From UHGV virus genome UHGV-1390708: 40,460 bases of DNA. One strand, given 5' to 3'. Within the stretch, counting starts at the first letter, position 1. Each line of letters opens with the position of its first letter. The translations under genes and the position numbers were made by a program. Source of the stretch: a virus. Under the pieces are notes generated by a model. The model saw only the letters and a list, made by a program, of their open reading frames with translations. It made no database searches and was not told where the DNA came from. Of this stretch, positions 39,191 through 40,460 are shown one piece after another.

Positions 39191-40460
39191 ATGACAGATT
39201 CAATAAATGCCAATGTTGTAGTAAGCATGCCTTCGCAACTCTTCACTATGGCGCGTTCTTTTAAAGCGGTTGCCAATGGCAAAATTTATATCGGAAAAAT
39301 TGACACTGACCCGGTAAATCCTGAAAACCAGATTCAGGTTTATGTAGAGAACGAAGACGGTTCTCACGTTCCTGTTTCGCAACCAATCATCATTAACGCT
39401 GCTGGTTACCCAGTATATAACGGACAGATTGCCAAATTCGTAACTGTGCAAGGTCATTCGATGGCTGTTTATGATACGTACGGTGCGCAGCAGTTCTATT
39501 TTCCTAATGTGCTGAAGTATGACCCTGACCAGTTCCGGCAGGAGCTAGAGAGAGAGTTTGCAAGCGGGGCATTCCCTGAAACAGTAAAGTATAAGTATGG
39601 ATTACCATCTGTTGTTGATGGTGCCGTATACAGAACTGTTCAGGATAAGCTTGATGATTTTGTGTTCCTTGAGGATTTCGGAGGAAAAGACGACGGAGGT
39701 ATTACTGATAACTCTTTAGCATTTAAGAAGGCGTTTGCATCAGGTGCTAAGAAAATTTATCTCAGAGGATCTGGTGTTTATGCCATGGCTACTCGTGATA
39801 TTGAGTTGCCTGCCAGGTATGAAATTATAGGTAATGCAAAAAATCCAGAGATTAAATATCTAGGTTCTGATTCAACCTTCACTATGTTTACCCTTACAGG
39901 GTCTGGCCCGGCTGCTAGTCAGTGGAAACAGGGTGGCATCTTTAGGGATGTGATCATTTCATCTGATACAGTAATTAACTGGATGGTTTGCCGACATGTC
40001 CAGAACTTAGATTTCGACAGAGTGTACTTTTACAACTCAAGAACTTTAATGAACAACTATCACTATGTTAACTTCTTTAGATGTGAACGTTGGTCGAGCG
40101 GATTTGAAGGCAGATCAGACCTTAACACAGTAAATTTCATTAGCGAGTCTCCAAAATTTTTGATGTGCTTTAGCTCAAACTCACCTATAGATGTTTGGGA
40201 TACAGCAGACCTTAGTATCACTTTCTGCACCTTTTTTGCGGGAGATTATGCAGTACAGACTAAAGTTACTCTGGTATCGCCAACAGCGCTGGACCAATTT
40301 GCTGGATACCAGGTATTTATATCCAACTCTGTTTTTGATGCAGTTTCTGGTAGCGCATGGTTACTTAACGGCATTGCGTACGGATCTATCATTGGTAACT
40401 TTGTGTCATCTGGGCGTGATGCGACAGCTTCCGGTGCTGTTGTTGATGGTGTCCGTTCAA
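39191..40460 (+). CDS. Tailspike, 3'-truncated by the window end. It has a P22/HK620-type N-terminal head-binding domain and a divergent beta-helix receptor-binding domain.
   Basis: [60 protein letters not shown]. The frame was checked by hand and is open to position 40460. [23 protein letters not shown] is a pectate-lyase-fold entry motif. Confidence 0.9.
   Translation, partial: MTDSINANVVVSMPSQLFTMARSFKAVANGKIYIGKIDTDPVNPENQIQVYVENEDGSHVPVSQPIIINAAGYPVYNGQIAKFVTVQGHSMAVYDTYGAQQFYFPNVLKYDPDQFRQELEREFASGAFPETVKYKYGLPSVVDGAVYRTVQDKLDDFVFLEDFGGKDDGGITDNSLAFKKAFASGAKKIYLRGSGVYAMATRDIELPARYEIIGNAKNPEIKYLGSDSTFTMFTLTGSGPAASQWKQGGIFRDVIISSDTVINWMVCRHVQNLDFDRVYFYNSRTLMNNYHYVNFFRCERWSSGFEGRSDLNTVNFISESPKFLMCFSSNSPIDVWDTADLSITFCTFFAGDYAVQTKVTLVSPTALDQFAGYQVFISNSVFDAVSGSAWLLNGIAYGSIIGNFVSSGRDATASGAVVDGVRS

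Larger units (their letters stand above)
1..40460. mobile_element. Temperate P22-like (Sf6/HK620-type) podophage genome with lambda-type early, nin and lysis modules. The window ends inside the tailspike gene.
   Basis: Complete lambdoid gene order from int/xis through immunity, replication, nin, Q and lysis. P22/Sf6-type terminase, portal, scaffold, coat, gp4/10/26, gp14/7/20/16 and tailspike are recognisable from the translations. Confidence 0.9.

Noticed and set aside
39200-39457. Minus-strand ORF (85 aa) at the start of the tailspike gene.
   Set aside because: It is antisense to the highly conserved head-binding domain coding sequence and has no translation signals.

Overview
The window is almost entirely one temperate P22-like (Sf6/HK620-type) podophage genome with a mosaic, lambdoid layout. 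Family names and comparisons to lambda, P22, Sf6 and KplE1 come from reading the translations and from memory; no database search was run.

Gene order, left to right:
- IntS-type integrase, an argW-type att core, and a TorI-type excisionase.
- A long minus-strand early-left operon: DUF551 and Ea22-like genes, Erf plus a short SSB, kil, cIII, a large coiled-coil protein, ral, orf28 and N.
- An immunity region with its own specificity: nutL, OL/pL, an AT-rich moron, an S24-type cI, OR, cro and nutR.
- Lambda-type cII, a replication initiator with internal iterons, and a DnaB helicase.
- A nin region: Lar-like protein, ninB, Dam methyltransferase, ninE/X/F, Rha-KilAC, ybcO, rusA and ninH.
- Lambda-type Q, pR', 6S RNA, and S/R/Rz/Rz1.
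- Two accessory genes: a DUF2829 (Tad2-like) protein and an N4 gp49/Sf6 gp66-family protein.
- Sf6/P22-type virion genes: terS, terL, portal, scaffold, coat, gp4, gp10, gp26, gp14 and ejection proteins gp7/gp20/gp16.
- An accessory island, a rearranged immI region, and a tailspike that runs off the window end.

The att core is flanked by phage genes on both sides. The sequence therefore looks like the unintegrated (attP) form rather than an integrated prophage.

Best candidates for undescribed biology:
1. A self-terminated, AT-rich gene for a membrane-anchored coiled-coil protein, located between cI and OL. This is the rex/sieB/BstA-type hotspot.
2. A three-gene island at 35429-36362: a TM/coiled-coil protein, a 121-aa HExxH mini-zincin and a YjzC-like protein.
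3. An expanded immI region with two Mnt-like repressors, an Arc-like repressor, two antirepressor-like genes and a sar-like antisense RNA.
4. A distinctive immunity and antitermination specificity: ATAAC-N4-GTTAT operators and a CCCGC-CGAAAT-GCGGG boxB.
5. A tRNA 3' half that is split precisely by the xis cassette.
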